Position numbers and translations under genes: made by a program. The notes under the pieces are model-generated. The model was not told where the DNA came from, did not search any database, and saw nothing but the letters and a program-made list of their open reading frames with translations. From the NCBI GenBank assembly GCA_944392835.1, contig CALXYB010000002.1:95917-159916 (forward strand): 64,000 bases of DNA, in the 5' to 3' direction. Of the stretch, positions 19,782 to 29,824 are shown in pieces. The first letter of the stretch is position 1, and every line of letters starts with the position of its first letter. This DNA comes from an uncultured Alphaproteobacteria bacterium (GTDB taxonomy: Bacteria; Pseudomonadota; Alphaproteobacteria; RF32; CAG-239).

Positions 19782-21638
19782 TCACCTCTTTACATAACCC
19801 AAAACTGCTGTTATGGCCGCCGGCGTTACCCCAGGGATTCGCGAAGCTTCGCCAATGGTTGCCGGACGAACCTTGCTTAGCTTAGCAACCATCTCTCGCG
19901 ATAAGCCGCCTATTTTTGAATAATCTATATCATCTCTCAATTTCAGTTTTTCATCTTTTTTGAAAACTTCAATGTCCGCCATTTGGCGTTTGATATATCC
20001 GGCATAGCGTGCATCAATCTCTATCTGCTCATAAACATCGGCCGGAATATCTGACAGCTCGGGAAAGATTTGACCAATTGTTTCACGTGAAACACCGTCA
20101 TAAGACATTACATTAAAGGCTGTTCTGTGTGTGCCGTCTTTTTTGGTATGAATCCCGAATTTTTCAAGCTCGTTCGGCGTGATTGTCAGGCTTTCGCTTA
20201 TGCTGCGATAATGGCGAATTTTATCTCTTTTGGCTTTAAATACAGTGTATCTATGCTCGCCGACACAGCCGATTTCGTAGCCTTGCTCCGTCAAACGCGC
20301 ATCTGCATTATCCGCACGCAAGAATAACCGATATTCTGAACGAGATGTAAACATACGATAGGGCTCATCAACGCCTTTGGTAATTAAATCATCAACCATT
20401 ACGCCAATATAGGCGTTGCTACGGTCAATGAAAAATTCACGACCTTTGCCTTCAGCTTTTAAGGCCGCATTTACACCTGCTAATAACCCCTGTGCTGCAG
20501 CTTCTTCATAGCCGGTTGTGCCGTTAATCTGACCTGCCAAAAAGAGGTTTGGAGCCTTTTTGACCTCAAGCGTATGACTGAGCTCTTGCGGATCAACATA
20601 GTCATATTCAATAGCATAAGCAAAACGCAAAATTTCAACATTCTCCAAACCCTTCATTGTATGAATGAAGGCATCCTGAACATCTGCCGGAAGTGAGGTT
20701 GAAATACCGTTCGGATAAACAACATCCGTATTCAAACCTTCAGGCTCCAGAAAAATCTGGTGGCTGGTGCGGTCGGCAAATTTGACCAGCTTATCTTCAA
20801 TGCTTGGGCAATATCTCGGACCAACGCCGGTAATCAAACCAGAGAACAATGCGCATTTGGAAAAGTTATCTCTGATTATTTTATGCGTTTCCTCATTGGT
20901 TTGTGTGATGTGGCATTCTATTTGCGGATTGGTAATCTTTTCCGTTAAATAAGAAAAAGGCTCGGAATTTTCATCGCCGCTTTGGGTTTCCAAAATATCC
21001 CAATTTATGGTTTTGCCATTCAGGCGGGCAGGGGTTCCTGTCTTCAAACGGCCAACTTTGAGCCCCAAAGACTTTAAATACGGTGTTATACCGACACAAG
21101 CTGCATCTCCAACACGACCTCCCGGCGTGGCAACATGCCCCGTGAACATAATGCCGTTCAAAAAAGTGCCGGTTGTTAAAACAACTGCTCCGGCTTCGTA
21201 GGCTGTTCCATCTGCCAAGGTTACGCCGACAACGCTATTGTCTTTTATCAGCAAACCTTCTACCGCCGCTTCAATCAGGGTTAAATTTTTCTGCTCTTGC
21301 AAAGCCTCTAACATATATTTACGATAAAGTTCTCTATCTGCTTGCGCGCGAGGGCCTCTTACTGCCGGTCCTTTGGAGGCGTTTAACATACGAAATTGTA
21401 TGCCCGCCTTATCAATGACTTTACCCATTAAGCCATCAAGCGCGTCAATTTCTCTGACTAAATGTCCTTTGCCTAAACCACCGATTGCCGGATTGCAAGA
21501 CATCTCGCCAATGCGGTCAATGCGATGTGTGATTAACGCGGTTTTTGCACCTATTCTGGCTGCTGCCGCGCAAGCCTCACAACCGGCATGTCCGCCGCCG
21601 ACAACAATGACATCAAATTTATTATCTTTATCGCTCAT
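19782..21638 (-). CDS. mnmG: tRNA uridine-5-carboxymethylaminomethyl synthesis enzyme MnmG (GidA)
   Basis: FAD-binding motif [13 protein letters not shown] in a 618 aa GidA. Confidence 0.95.
   Translation of the reverse strand: MSDKDNKFDVIVVGGGHAGCEACAAAARIGAKTALITHRIDRIGEMSCNPAIGGLGKGHLVREIDALDGLMGKVIDKAGIQFRMLNASKGPAVRGPRAQADRELYRKYMLEALQEQKNLTLIEAAVEGLLIKDNSVVGVTLADGTAYEAGAVVLTTGTFLNGIMFTGHVATPGGRVGDAACVGITPYLKSLGLKVGRLKTGTPARLNGKTINWDILETQSGDENSEPFSYLTEKITNPQIECHITQTNEETHKIIRDNFSKCALFSGLITGVGPRYCPSIEDKLVKFADRTSHQIFLEPEGLNTDVVYPNGISTSLPADVQDAFIHTMKGLENVEILRFAYAIEYDYVDPQELSHTLEVKKAPNLFLAGQINGTTGYEEAAAQGLLAGVNAALKAEGKGREFFIDRSNAYIGVMVDDLITKGVDEPYRMFTSRSEYRLFLRADNADARLTEQGYEIGCVGEHRYTVFKAKRDKIRHYRSISESLTITPNELEKFGIHTKKDGTHRTAFNVMSYDGVSRETIGQIFPELSDIPADVYEQIEIDARYAGYIKRQMADIEVFKKDEKLKLRDDIDYSKIGGLSREMVAKLSKVRPATIGEASRIPGVTPAAITAVLGYVKR
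20079..20094. other. parS centromere site (perfect TGTTTCACGTGAAACA) inside mnmG
   Basis: Exact 16-bp consensus palindrome. Confidence 0.85.
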
Positions 21639-21705
21639 TTATTTTGCCTTTTTTATTTTGCTGTATTCTATCATGTAAATCTTATTAACCAGTTAATATG
21701 TCAAC

Positions 21706-21741
21706 AGCAAATAAAGACCCGAACAAAATGTTCAGGTCTTT
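21706..21741 (-). terminator. Putative terminator downstream of mnmE
   Basis: 12-bp stem with one mismatch (aaagacccgaac / gttcaggtcttt) flanked by T-rich sequence. Confidence 0.4.
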
Positions 21742-21755
21742 ATTCTTATTTTTTA

Positions 21756-23102
21756 TTATTTTCCGATACAGAAACTACCGAAAATCTTATTTAATATATC
21801 ATCAACTTCTATGCGGCCGGTAATCTTACTCAAGCCTCTTGCAGCAAGCCGTATATCCTCTGCTGAAAGCTCTATCTCTTTATCAAAAGAAAAACGCTCC
21901 AGATTATCCAAAGTTTCGGCTAAAGCCTCACGATAACGTTGGCGCGTGATAAGCAAATTAGAATTTGCTGTAAATCTTTCTTTGATTTGCTGATATATAA
22001 CTTCCATTAAGTCGGCAATACCTTGTTTGTGTTTTGCAGAGATAACAACACAACTTTGTTTTTTGAGATTTGAACATTGTTCAAAAGTTAAATTATCAGA
22101 TTTGTTCGCAACATATATCGCTTTGTTTTTAAAAGAATTTTTAATATTGTCAAAGATTTGAACAGAGTCTTTTGAAGCATCAAATAAACAAAGAACCAAA
22201 TCAGCATCAGCGATTTTGCGGAAAGCAATTTCTATACCTTGTTTCTCAATTTCTTCTTCTACTTCTCTAATGCCTGCCGTATCCGTAAACATTACGGGAT
22301 AACCTTTAATATCCAAATGAACATCTACAGCGTCTCGTGTGGTTCCGGCAATGGATGATACGATTGCTGCTTCACGATTGACAACAGTGTTCAACAAACT
22401 TGATTTGCCGGCATTCGGCGGACCAACAATAACAACACGAAAACCCTCACGTAATCTTTCGCCGATTGAATCAGTGTTCAAGTGCTTAGAAATGGCTGTT
22501 TTAAGTTTAAATACATCGTTCAAAAGTTTATCAACCAACTCTTGCGGAATGTCCTCATCCGGAAAATCTATATAAGCCTCAAGATAAGCCATTATCTTAA
22601 TCAGCTCTTCTCTCCAGCCGTCATACAGATTTTTTAAACCGCCTTCCATTTGGCGCATGGCATATTTTTGTTGTTCAGATGTTTCAGAATCAATCAGGTC
22701 TGCTAAACCTTCGGCTTCTGTTAAATCCATTTTGCCGTTGTGAAAAGCACGTCTGGAAAATTCGCCGGGCTCAGCCATACGAAAGTCCGGAATTTTGCTT
22801 AGGTTCTCTAGAACTGAAGCAATTACCGCCTTAGAGCCGTGAGTCTGAAATTCTACAATATCTTCTCCCGTAAAAGAATGGGGAGCCTTAAAATAAAGCA
22901 GCAAACATTTATCCAATGTTTCACGGGAAACAATGTCTTTGATATCCGTAAAATATGCATAACGCGGTTTTAGGCTCTTTTCTTTCAAGTTTGTCAGCTT
23001 GGCAACGGCTTCTTTTGCTTTTGCTCCAGAAACACGAATAACAGCCACACCAGATTTGCCATAAACCGTTGACAGGGCATAAATTGTTTGATTATCCATC
23101 AT
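21756..23102 (-). CDS. mnmE: tRNA modification GTPase MnmE (TrmE)
   Basis: G-domain motifs (GPPNAGKSSL, DTAG, NKSD) and the C-terminal CxGK motif. Confidence 0.95.
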   Translation of the reverse strand: MMDNQTIYALSTVYGKSGVAVIRVSGAKAKEAVAKLTNLKEKSLKPRYAYFTDIKDIVSRETLDKCLLLYFKAPHSFTGEDIVEFQTHGSKAVIASVLENLSKIPDFRMAEPGEFSRRAFHNGKMDLTEAEGLADLIDSETSEQQKYAMRQMEGGLKNLYDGWREELIKIMAYLEAYIDFPDEDIPQELVDKLLNDVFKLKTAISKHLNTDSIGERLREGFRVVIVGPPNAGKSSLLNTVVNREAAIVSSIAGTTRDAVDVHLDIKGYPVMFTDTAGIREVEEEIEKQGIEIAFRKIADADLVLCLFDASKDSVQIFDNIKNSFKNKAIYVANKSDNLTFEQCSNLKKQSCVVISAKHKQGIADLMEVIYQQIKERFTANSNLLITRQRYREALAETLDNLERFSFDKEIELSAEDIRLAARGLSKITGRIEVDDILNKIFGSFCIGK

Positions 23103-23288
23103 AACTCCTTTAAAAATCTGCGCTTAGTATTATACCAAAGCTCGTTTTTGGCAAGATTTAAAATAAGGCCGTTTTTTTGACTCAGGAGCGGTTTTTTACT
23201 CCGTCTTAATAAATGTATTATAATATGTCCTAAAATCTTCTGTACGAGGCTTAAAAAGACTCATCAATTTTAAACCAAAAGGTGTAAA

Positions 23289-23969
23289 ATGAACAAAATT
23301 AAACCAGAACTTATTATATGGGATTATGACGGCGTTTTGGCCGATAGCGAAAAATTATGGATTAAGATTTGGCAAAATATGCTTAATGAAAATTTTGACC
23401 TCGGATGGGATTTTGAAACCGCTGATAAATTTTTGGGCGGATTGGCCGTTAAAACAAAAATTAAAAATTTGCAAAAACTCGGCATAACTATTGATGATGA
23501 TTTTTTGCGCGAACTTAAAAGACGCGAAACCTATGATATTGAGCATAACCTGAAAGCAACCCCCGGCGTGGAAGAGATTTTGCAACAAACAAAAATTCCT
23601 TATTGTCTGGCAACCGGCGGATTCTTAGCCAAAACAGAGGCTAAACTCAAGGCAATGAACTTCAAAAAATACTTTCAGGATGACCATATTTTTACGGCAG
23701 AGCAGGTGGAGCACGGCAAACCAGAGCCTGACCTCTTTCTCTTTTCTGCCAAGCAAATGAATGCTTTGCCGCAAAACACCATTGTTATTGAAGACTCTTT
23801 GCCCGGTTTGCAAGCAGCTCAAGCTGCTGGTATGTTACCGGTGGCTTTTGTCGGAAGCGAAATGAACTGCACGCCCGAATATCAGCAAAAAGTACGTGAG
23901 CTTGGTGTTGAGCATATCTTTTTGACAATGAAAGAACTTTCTGATTTTTTAAAAAATATTGACAAATAG
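23289..23969 (+). CDS. HAD-superfamily hydrolase (beta-phosphoglucomutase/phosphatase subfamily IA)
   Basis: Motif I DYDGVL at the N-terminus, followed by a cap domain. Confidence 0.75.
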   Translation: MNKIKPELIIWDYDGVLADSEKLWIKIWQNMLNENFDLGWDFETADKFLGGLAVKTKIKNLQKLGITIDDDFLRELKRRETYDIEHNLKATPGVEEILQQTKIPYCLATGGFLAKTEAKLKAMNFKKYFQDDHIFTAEQVEHGKPEPDLFLFSAKQMNALPQNTIVIEDSLPGLQAAQAAGMLPVAFVGSEMNCTPEYQQKVRELGVEHIFLTMKELSDFLKNIDK

Positions 23970-24018
23970 CCAAAAATATTCATAATCTCTCATAAGAATT
24001 ATATTAATTAATTATATT

Positions 24019-24786
24019 ATGAGTAGAAGATTTTTTAGCGACCAGTCAAAATCAGATTTTGGCTACGCAGTGAAAATTGTTTTGGTGCTTGGCATTTTAA
24101 TCGGCACATTGGTTTACACCTTGAATGTCAGTAAAGAATTTCTCTTGTTTGGAATACTGACGTTTGTTGTATCTTTCATTGTGAACTTTTTTACAGATCG
24201 TTCGCGACTGAAAACAAGATGCCATTTCGGAAATGCTTTTTTCCTGGCTGTCGGCATTATGGCGATAATGACTTTGTTGCCAATCTATTTTTGGATCAAA
24301 GTGGGTATTGCCGTAATTTTTGGTGTTTTAGTAAATATCTATTGGGTTTTTATTGGTTCTCTTCTGTTTATTAGAAATACAGAAGAAATAACCATAGATA
24401 TTAATAATATTATGGCAACTAATGTCGTTTTTATTGTGATTTTCTTCGTATGCATTTTTTTCAGATTTCTGGATAATATGGCTGACAAAAAAGAGTTGGC
24501 ACGGGAAGAAAAACAGAATGCAGACATTGAAAAAGCTGAGCCTAATGGGGTTTATACTGTTTTTAAAGACGGAGAAACAACTTTTATTGTTAAAAAAGTT
24601 ATCCCTATCGTTGCAAGCGGCTATACCAAAGTTGTTTTGATTAGTGAGGATAATATGTTCTTCACAATCAACAGAAATATTGAGGAAGCCATATTGACCG
24701 AACCCGGACATATTGTTTGGGTGGAGGTTGATGAAGGTGGTTACTGCCTTGATTTTGACAACCAAAATATTGTCGTTATAAAATAA
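24019..24786 (+). CDS. Hypothetical membrane protein (4-5 TM) with soluble C-terminal domain; markedly AT-rich
   Basis: Hydrophobic helices followed by a charged linker and a beta-rich C-terminal domain of about 100 aa. I could not assign a family. Confidence 0.55.
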   Translation: MSRRFFSDQSKSDFGYAVKIVLVLGILIGTLVYTLNVSKEFLLFGILTFVVSFIVNFFTDRSRLKTRCHFGNAFFLAVGIMAIMTLLPIYFWIKVGIAVIFGVLVNIYWVFIGSLLFIRNTEEITIDINNIMATNVVFIVIFFVCIFFRFLDNMADKKELAREEKQNADIEKAEPNGVYTVFKDGETTFIVKKVIPIVASGYTKVVLISEDNMFFTINRNIEEAILTEPGHIVWVEVDEGGYCLDFDNQNIVVIK

Positions 24787-24806
24787 AATTATTAACTAAA
24801 AAAAAC

Positions 24807-24845
24807 AAGCGCCGGATTTTTTATAATTCGGCGCTTGGCTTTTTA
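24807..24845. terminator. Bidirectional rho-independent terminator
   Basis: Stem aagcgccg/cggcgctt with T-runs on both sides, between two convergent genes. Confidence 0.6.
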
Positions 24846-25727
24846 AAAACTTAAAACAGAATCTGAGGCTGTGTCTAAAATCGCTTCTTTGCCCAAAGGT
24901 AAGGTCATTTGCGGCAAGGTATGTCCCGTATCAAAACCTGCAATAACCGGAATATGACGCAAAGCCTCAAAAGCTTGTAATTTTTGCTTTACGGCTGCCA
25001 CATCAACAAGGCTGTTTTGCATAAACCTACCGATGATTAAGCCTCTGATATTTTTTGCAAAATCGTAATTAAACAAAGCCCACAGGTTACGCATAAACAT
25101 ATTAAAAGTTTCTGTACCGCATAAGTCATCTTCTTCGGCAATGATTATCATATCATCAAAAACCGGATAATATTTTGTTCCGGCAAGCATTATTTGGCTG
25201 CATAGATTGCCTCCGACAAGACGACCTTTGGCTTTTCCTTCATTGATGATTGTTAGCCCAGAATTGGCAAAGGTTTGCGTTTTGGAAATATGCGTATCCA
25301 TATAAGCCTTTGCCGGATAGTAATTTGCTCCTTTTTGCTCTAATGCTATAGAGATAAAATTTTTTATTCCATAATCCTCTACATCACCGTTTAAGGCTTT
25401 GAGATTCGGCCCTAAATATTGAACTATGCCAGTTTGCGCTAACAAAGCATTCAGTAAAACCGTGATGTCCGAATAACCACACAAGGGCTTGGTTATTTTA
25501 GAAAAATCAAGCTTTGGTAAAAGCTCTACGGAGTTAAAACCGCCGCGCGAGGCTATAATAACCTCCGCTTCGCTTGTTTGTGCCAGCATAAAGTCTTCTA
25601 ATTTACTTTTTGAAGTAAAAAACTCTACACTAATATCATTATCTGCCAAGCGTTTGACGGCGGTTTCTGTCTCTTGCTCCGATTTTAAGGGCAGAGAAGG
25701 GGAAATTACTCCGATTTTGTGTTGCAT
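24843..25727 (-). CDS. ldcA: LD-carboxypeptidase (muramoyltetrapeptide carboxypeptidase, peptidase S66)
   Basis: 294 aa, colinear with the LdcA family (peptidase S66). Confidence 0.75.
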   Translation of the reverse strand: MQHKIGVISPSLPLKSEQETETAVKRLADNDISVEFFTSKSKLEDFMLAQTSEAEVIIASRGGFNSVELLPKLDFSKITKPLCGYSDITVLLNALLAQTGIVQYLGPNLKALNGDVEDYGIKNFISIALEQKGANYYPAKAYMDTHISKTQTFANSGLTIINEGKAKGRLVGGNLCSQIMLAGTKYYPVFDDMIIIAEEDDLCGTETFNMFMRNLWALFNYDFAKNIRGLIIGRFMQNSLVDVAAVKQKLQAFEALRHIPVIAGFDTGHTLPQMTLPLGKEAILDTASDSVLSF

Positions 25728-25729
25728 TA

Positions 25730-27565
25730 TCAGAATCCTGCGGCTGTTTGTATTTTATTTGACATATAAGCACGTTGTACTTGTCTGCTTACAACATTTT
25801 CATCATTGCGGATGATGTTGGCAAGTCTTTTATAAAAAATGCTTCCGGGTGCTAAAATGCGGTCAAAATTGCCATTATCTGCAAAACGCAACAAGTTGCC
25901 TTTTACTCTTTCCTTCTGAGCGGTCTTTTCTTCTTCAGACATCGGTTGCCCCGTCATAAAAGAGTAAAAACGATGTACGGCCGCAGCTTCCAAAGCATCT
26001 CTTGAGGAGATTGAGGCAACATCATTGAGCAAATTATCGTCTATCTTGACACTGCCGTTTACCAAGTCACGATAGCCCAAAACATCACCGTTTTCCTTAA
26101 CACCCCAGATTTGAGCTTGCGCCGTGCGGTAATCAAAGCTTTCTATAACTTTGCGGCGTGCATTGATGTCTTCCTGATTGAACTCTTTATGTTTGCTTGC
26201 TTCATCAAAAACTTTTCCTAAGCCCTCTTTAATACGGCGAGCATAAACAATTTGCGAGCTTCCGCCCTCAATCTTTGCACCTGTTTCCAACAAAACAACA
26301 GCTAACATAAAGGAAACTTTGGGCATAGCCTCGCCGCTTCTTAAAGCCTCGGCAATTTGTTTTCTATCCATATTTTCCGTATATTCGTCACCAAGCATTT
26401 TGGCAAAAGCCGGCATCTTGTTAGAACCCATCGGCACCATATGATCCAGAAGATGATTATATTCATTGTCCGACTTGGTAGTGTGAATCTTCTTCATCTC
26501 GGTTTCAAAAACCGCTCTTGTTTGCGGATTGTCAAAAATCTGTGATGTCAGAGACTGAGGATTCTCCAAAATATCGGCCATAAAAGCAAAAATCGGCTTC
26601 TCTGCTTCTACACTTACCTGAATGACGGAGCTGTCTTTTAATAAGTCATTGGCTTGCATGGCATGAATTGAAGCCAGCTGCAAAGCTCCGAGCTCTGTTT
26701 CCGGTGTGCCTTTTTCCTGATTGTAAGCTCTTTGTTTTTCCAACAATTTCATAACTTTTTTCAGCATTCTGACATCATTTTGAAACTGTTGTTCAACTTG
26801 TGTTGAAAACTCGGTTAAAACATCTTTATGCAACAAAGAAAGTTCTTTTACCGTGTTCATGGATAAATCCTTAAACTCCATACCTTGCGGCATAAATTCT
26901 TTGTTGATTAAGTGATGCCAACGGGCTTTCAAAGATTTTGCAGCCAGAGATTTTTTCTCAAACATATCTTTTTTCATCTCTTTTTCATGCGCTTTTAAGG
27001 CTGCAATTTTTTCCGGCGTATCATATCCGGGAAGTGTCATAGCAATAACTTTCGGATAAATTTTGCTGTACAAATAAAGCGGCGGACCGTAAACAAAGGG
27101 GTCGCAAATCTCGGGGCCGGTCTGGTTATCGGTATTTACGCGGCCAGACATCAGAGATAAATTGAACTTTTCGCCAAAATGATGTGCTCTTGCGGCTTGG
27201 TTAACAAACTTGTAGCAAGAGTGAAACATATTATAGTCATTTTCTTCAACCGTTGCCTCCGCACCACGTTTGTCTCTTTGGCGCATGGGGCCGAGGTGGT
27301 CGGAAAAGTCAAAACGAAAATCTTTTTTCAGCTGTTCATAAAGCTCTTTTGACAATAATTTTCTATTTTCTTCTTCCACTACTGCTGCGTAAGTATCATT
27401 GACGCGTTTTAAAATCTTATACATAAAGCTTTCGGCATAAGGAAAAAGTTTCGGATTATAAGGGTTTTTACTTCCGTCGCTATAAGTTTCTCCTAAAGAA
27501 GCTTCTGTATCAAGGTATGAAAATTCGGGTTTTTTGGCAAGTACGGCCTGACTATATTTACTCAT
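25730..27565 (-). CDS. Large hypothetical protein (611 aa), no recognisable domain
   Basis: Long clean ORF separated from LdcA by 2 nt. The sequence is charged and has no signal peptide or TM helix. Confidence 0.6.
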   Translation of the reverse strand: MSKYSQAVLAKKPEFSYLDTEASLGETYSDGSKNPYNPKLFPYAESFMYKILKRVNDTYAAVVEEENRKLLSKELYEQLKKDFRFDFSDHLGPMRQRDKRGAEATVEENDYNMFHSCYKFVNQAARAHHFGEKFNLSLMSGRVNTDNQTGPEICDPFVYGPPLYLYSKIYPKVIAMTLPGYDTPEKIAALKAHEKEMKKDMFEKKSLAAKSLKARWHHLINKEFMPQGMEFKDLSMNTVKELSLLHKDVLTEFSTQVEQQFQNDVRMLKKVMKLLEKQRAYNQEKGTPETELGALQLASIHAMQANDLLKDSSVIQVSVEAEKPIFAFMADILENPQSLTSQIFDNPQTRAVFETEMKKIHTTKSDNEYNHLLDHMVPMGSNKMPAFAKMLGDEYTENMDRKQIAEALRSGEAMPKVSFMLAVVLLETGAKIEGGSSQIVYARRIKEGLGKVFDEASKHKEFNQEDINARRKVIESFDYRTAQAQIWGVKENGDVLGYRDLVNGSVKIDDNLLNDVASISSRDALEAAAVHRFYSFMTGQPMSEEEKTAQKERVKGNLLRFADNGNFDRILAPGSIFYKRLANIIRNDENVVSRQVQRAYMSNKIQTAAGF

Positions 27566-27622
27566 TTTGGTTTTCTCTTTCTCGTTTTGTTGTTTTCTGT
27601 TCTTTTGTAATTTTTGCTTTAT

Positions 27623-27656
27623 CCTCTGATTATCAAATTACCCAAATAATCAGAGG
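27623..27656. promoter_or_regulatory. Perfect 11-bp inverted repeat (cctctgattat-N12-ataatcagagg) in the 5' region of the 611-aa gene
   Basis: Read directly from the sequence, 58-90 bp upstream of the start codon. Confidence 0.4.
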
Positions 27657-28004
27657 CTCATAAGCTCCAAAACCGAAAGAGTTGCTGTATTATTCTTTAT
27701 TTTCATTTTCTGCTATATCTTTACATTAAAAAAATTAACCATCAAAAAACAAAGCTTGTTGATTTTTCATCCTCCAAGCACCCAAGCCTTGCCAAAAAGT
27801 AAAAGTGCTTAGAGGTTCATAATCAACAACAACAAAATGCTGATTAGCAGAATTTTTGCAGAAATAAGGGCGAAAGCTTCCGGTAAAAATTCGGAAGTTT
27901 TGAAAATAGAATATGTTTTGCCAAAAAATGACATCTTTCGCCTTTGTTTTTGTTAAACCGCGTTAATTATATGGACAGAAAATATTTTATGTCAACTTAT
28001 TTTA

Positions 28005-28034
28005 TAAAAAAAAATCCCTCTTTTGTGAGGGATT
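28005..28034 (-). terminator. Rho-independent terminator of rho
   Basis: Stem aatccctc/gagggatt followed on the minus strand by T8, directly 3' of rho. Confidence 0.7.
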
Positions 28035-28044
28035 TTTTATTTTT

Positions 28045-29298
28045 TTAAGAATTCATGGTATTGAAAAAGTCTTCGTTGTCTTTGGATTGTCTGAGCTTAT
28101 CCAACAAAAATTCCATACCATCGGTCATACCCATTTGCATCAAGACACGACGCAATACCCACATTTTGGAAAGTGTGGCTTTGTCTACCAACAACTCTTC
28201 CTTACGAGTGCCTGAACGCGTAATATCTATGGTCGGGAAGAGACGCTTATCGGTTAACTTTCTATCCAAAATGATTTCGGAGTTACCTGTTCCTTTGAAC
28301 TCCTCAAAAATAACCTCATCCATACGAGAACCCGTATCAATCAAAGCTGTGGCAATGATTGTTAAAGAACCTCCTTCCTCTACATTACGTGCAGCACCGA
28401 GCAGACGTTTCGGTCTTTGCAGAGCATTGGCGTCAACACCTCCGGTTAAAACTTTACCGGATGAAGGAATAACCGTATTATATGCACGGCCCAAACGTGT
28501 GATGGAGTCAAGCAAGATGACAACATCTTTTTTGGTTTCTACCAAACGCTTGGCTTTTTCAATAACCATTTCGGCAACCTGAACATGGCGCGCAGCCGGC
28601 TCATCAAAGGTGGAAGAAATAACCTCACCTTTAACTGAACGGCTCATATCCGTTACTTCTTCCGGACGTTCATCAATCAATAAAACCATTAAATAAACTT
28701 CAGGGTGGTTGGTGGCTATGGCATGTGCAATGTTTTGCAACATTACGGTTTTACCTGTTCTCGGAGGAGCAACAATCAGACCGCGTTGACCTTTGCCTTG
28801 CGGGGCAATCAGGTCAATAATGCGCGTGGTATAGTCTTTTTCGCCGCAGATGATATCAAAGTCTAGTTTTTTGATCGGATAAAGCGGGGTTAGGTTATCA
28901 AAATTTACACGAAGTTTTGATTTTTCGGGATCTTCAAAGTTAATGGTGTTAATCTTGGTTAGAGCAAAATAACGTTCATTATCTTTTGGACCACGGATTT
29001 CACCTTCAACCGTATCTCCGGTGCGCAGACCAAATTTTTTAACTTGAGCCGGTGATACATAAATATCATCAGGGCTGGCCAAATAATTGGATTCAGCAGA
29101 ACGCAAAAAACCAAAGCCATCTTGCAAAACTTCTATCGTTCCTTCGCCATAAATGGTTTGATCATCAGATGCCACTTTTTTCATAATGGCAAAAATTAAA
29201 TCCTGAACACGCATAGATGATGCGTCTTCTATTCCTAATTCCTCCGCTTGAGTTAATAACTCCTTGGGAGATTTTTGCTTTAAATCTTTTAAATGCAT
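28045..29298 (-). CDS. rho: Transcription termination factor Rho
   Basis: N-terminal RNA-binding domain and a RecA-like ATPase domain with Walker A GKT; 417 aa. Confidence 0.96.
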   Translation of the reverse strand: MHLKDLKQKSPKELLTQAEELGIEDASSMRVQDLIFAIMKKVASDDQTIYGEGTIEVLQDGFGFLRSAESNYLASPDDIYVSPAQVKKFGLRTGDTVEGEIRGPKDNERYFALTKINTINFEDPEKSKLRVNFDNLTPLYPIKKLDFDIICGEKDYTTRIIDLIAPQGKGQRGLIVAPPRTGKTVMLQNIAHAIATNHPEVYLMVLLIDERPEEVTDMSRSVKGEVISSTFDEPAARHVQVAEMVIEKAKRLVETKKDVVILLDSITRLGRAYNTVIPSSGKVLTGGVDANALQRPKRLLGAARNVEEGGSLTIIATALIDTGSRMDEVIFEEFKGTGNSEIILDRKLTDKRLFPTIDITRSGTRKEELLVDKATLSKMWVLRRVLMQMGMTDGMEFLLDKLRQSKDNEDFFNTMNS

Positions 29299-29824
29299 TG
29301 TAACCTTGATATATTATTGGGTGTGAAAGTAATTAAGAAAAGGGAAATATCCCTCTGTATAGTATTATTAGAATTACTGTATGTCTGTTTTATATTATTT
29401 AAATGAATGAAAGTCAATTAAATGTTGTTTGATTTTTATACACAGTCAAAAAGCCCCATATAAATATTTTTAAAATTTTAGTTGTTATTTGTATATCCCT
29501 GCTGTTTATGTGTATAAGTTTTTATTAACAGAGATATCCAAAAGTTAAAAGAATGTTAATAAGATTGTTAACGGAATTTAAGAATTATTAACGAATCGTT
29601 AACTTTGTTTTTCTTGATTCTGTAAACTTTAAATTGAGTATTTTGTTGATAAGTTTTTTTATCAACCCTTGTGCGAAAAAATATACCCCTGTGCGTAAAG
29701 TTGTATATTGGATTTTACATTGTGGTGATTAGTTTGTATAAATATGCAAGAGAGCTTAGTTATGCACAGTTTTGGGCTTGTTTGTGTATAAGTGAGTCAG
29801 GGTTTTGATTTTAAGGAATTTTTT
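29299..29824. other. Candidate chromosomal replication origin (oriC): AT-rich 0.5 kb region with DnaA-box-like and CtrA-box motifs
   Basis: Three exact copies of TTATACACA/TGTGTATAA (29436-29444, 29509-29517, 29783-29791) plus a 1-mismatch copy (29733-29741). A perfect CtrA box lies at 29588-29603. The region sits between rho and coaE-dnaQ. Confidence 0.55.
29588..29603. promoter_or_regulatory. CtrA-box consensus TTAA-N7-TTAAC
   Basis: ttaacgaatcgttaac, with extra overlapping TTAA half-sites upstream. Confidence 0.5.

Noticed and set aside
23103-23288. Possible ncRNA in the 186-bp mnmE/HAD divergent spacer
   Set aside because: No stable hairpin or conserved RNA motif is recognisable. The spacer is most simply two divergent promoters.
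27838-27957. 39-aa plus-strand ORF (MLISRIFAEIRAK ...) in the 480-bp intergenic region upstream of the 611-aa gene
   Set aside because: It has no RBS, is cysteine/phenylalanine-rich nonsense and shows no sign of conservation. It is more likely 5' UTR or promoter sequence of the minus-strand gene.
29299-29792. Long rho 5' leader/attenuator as the sole explanation of the 494-bp spacer
   Set aside because: A Rho autoregulatory leader is possible and may coexist. It does not explain three identical DnaA-box-like 9-mers plus a consensus CtrA box, so the origin hypothesis is retained as the primary call.
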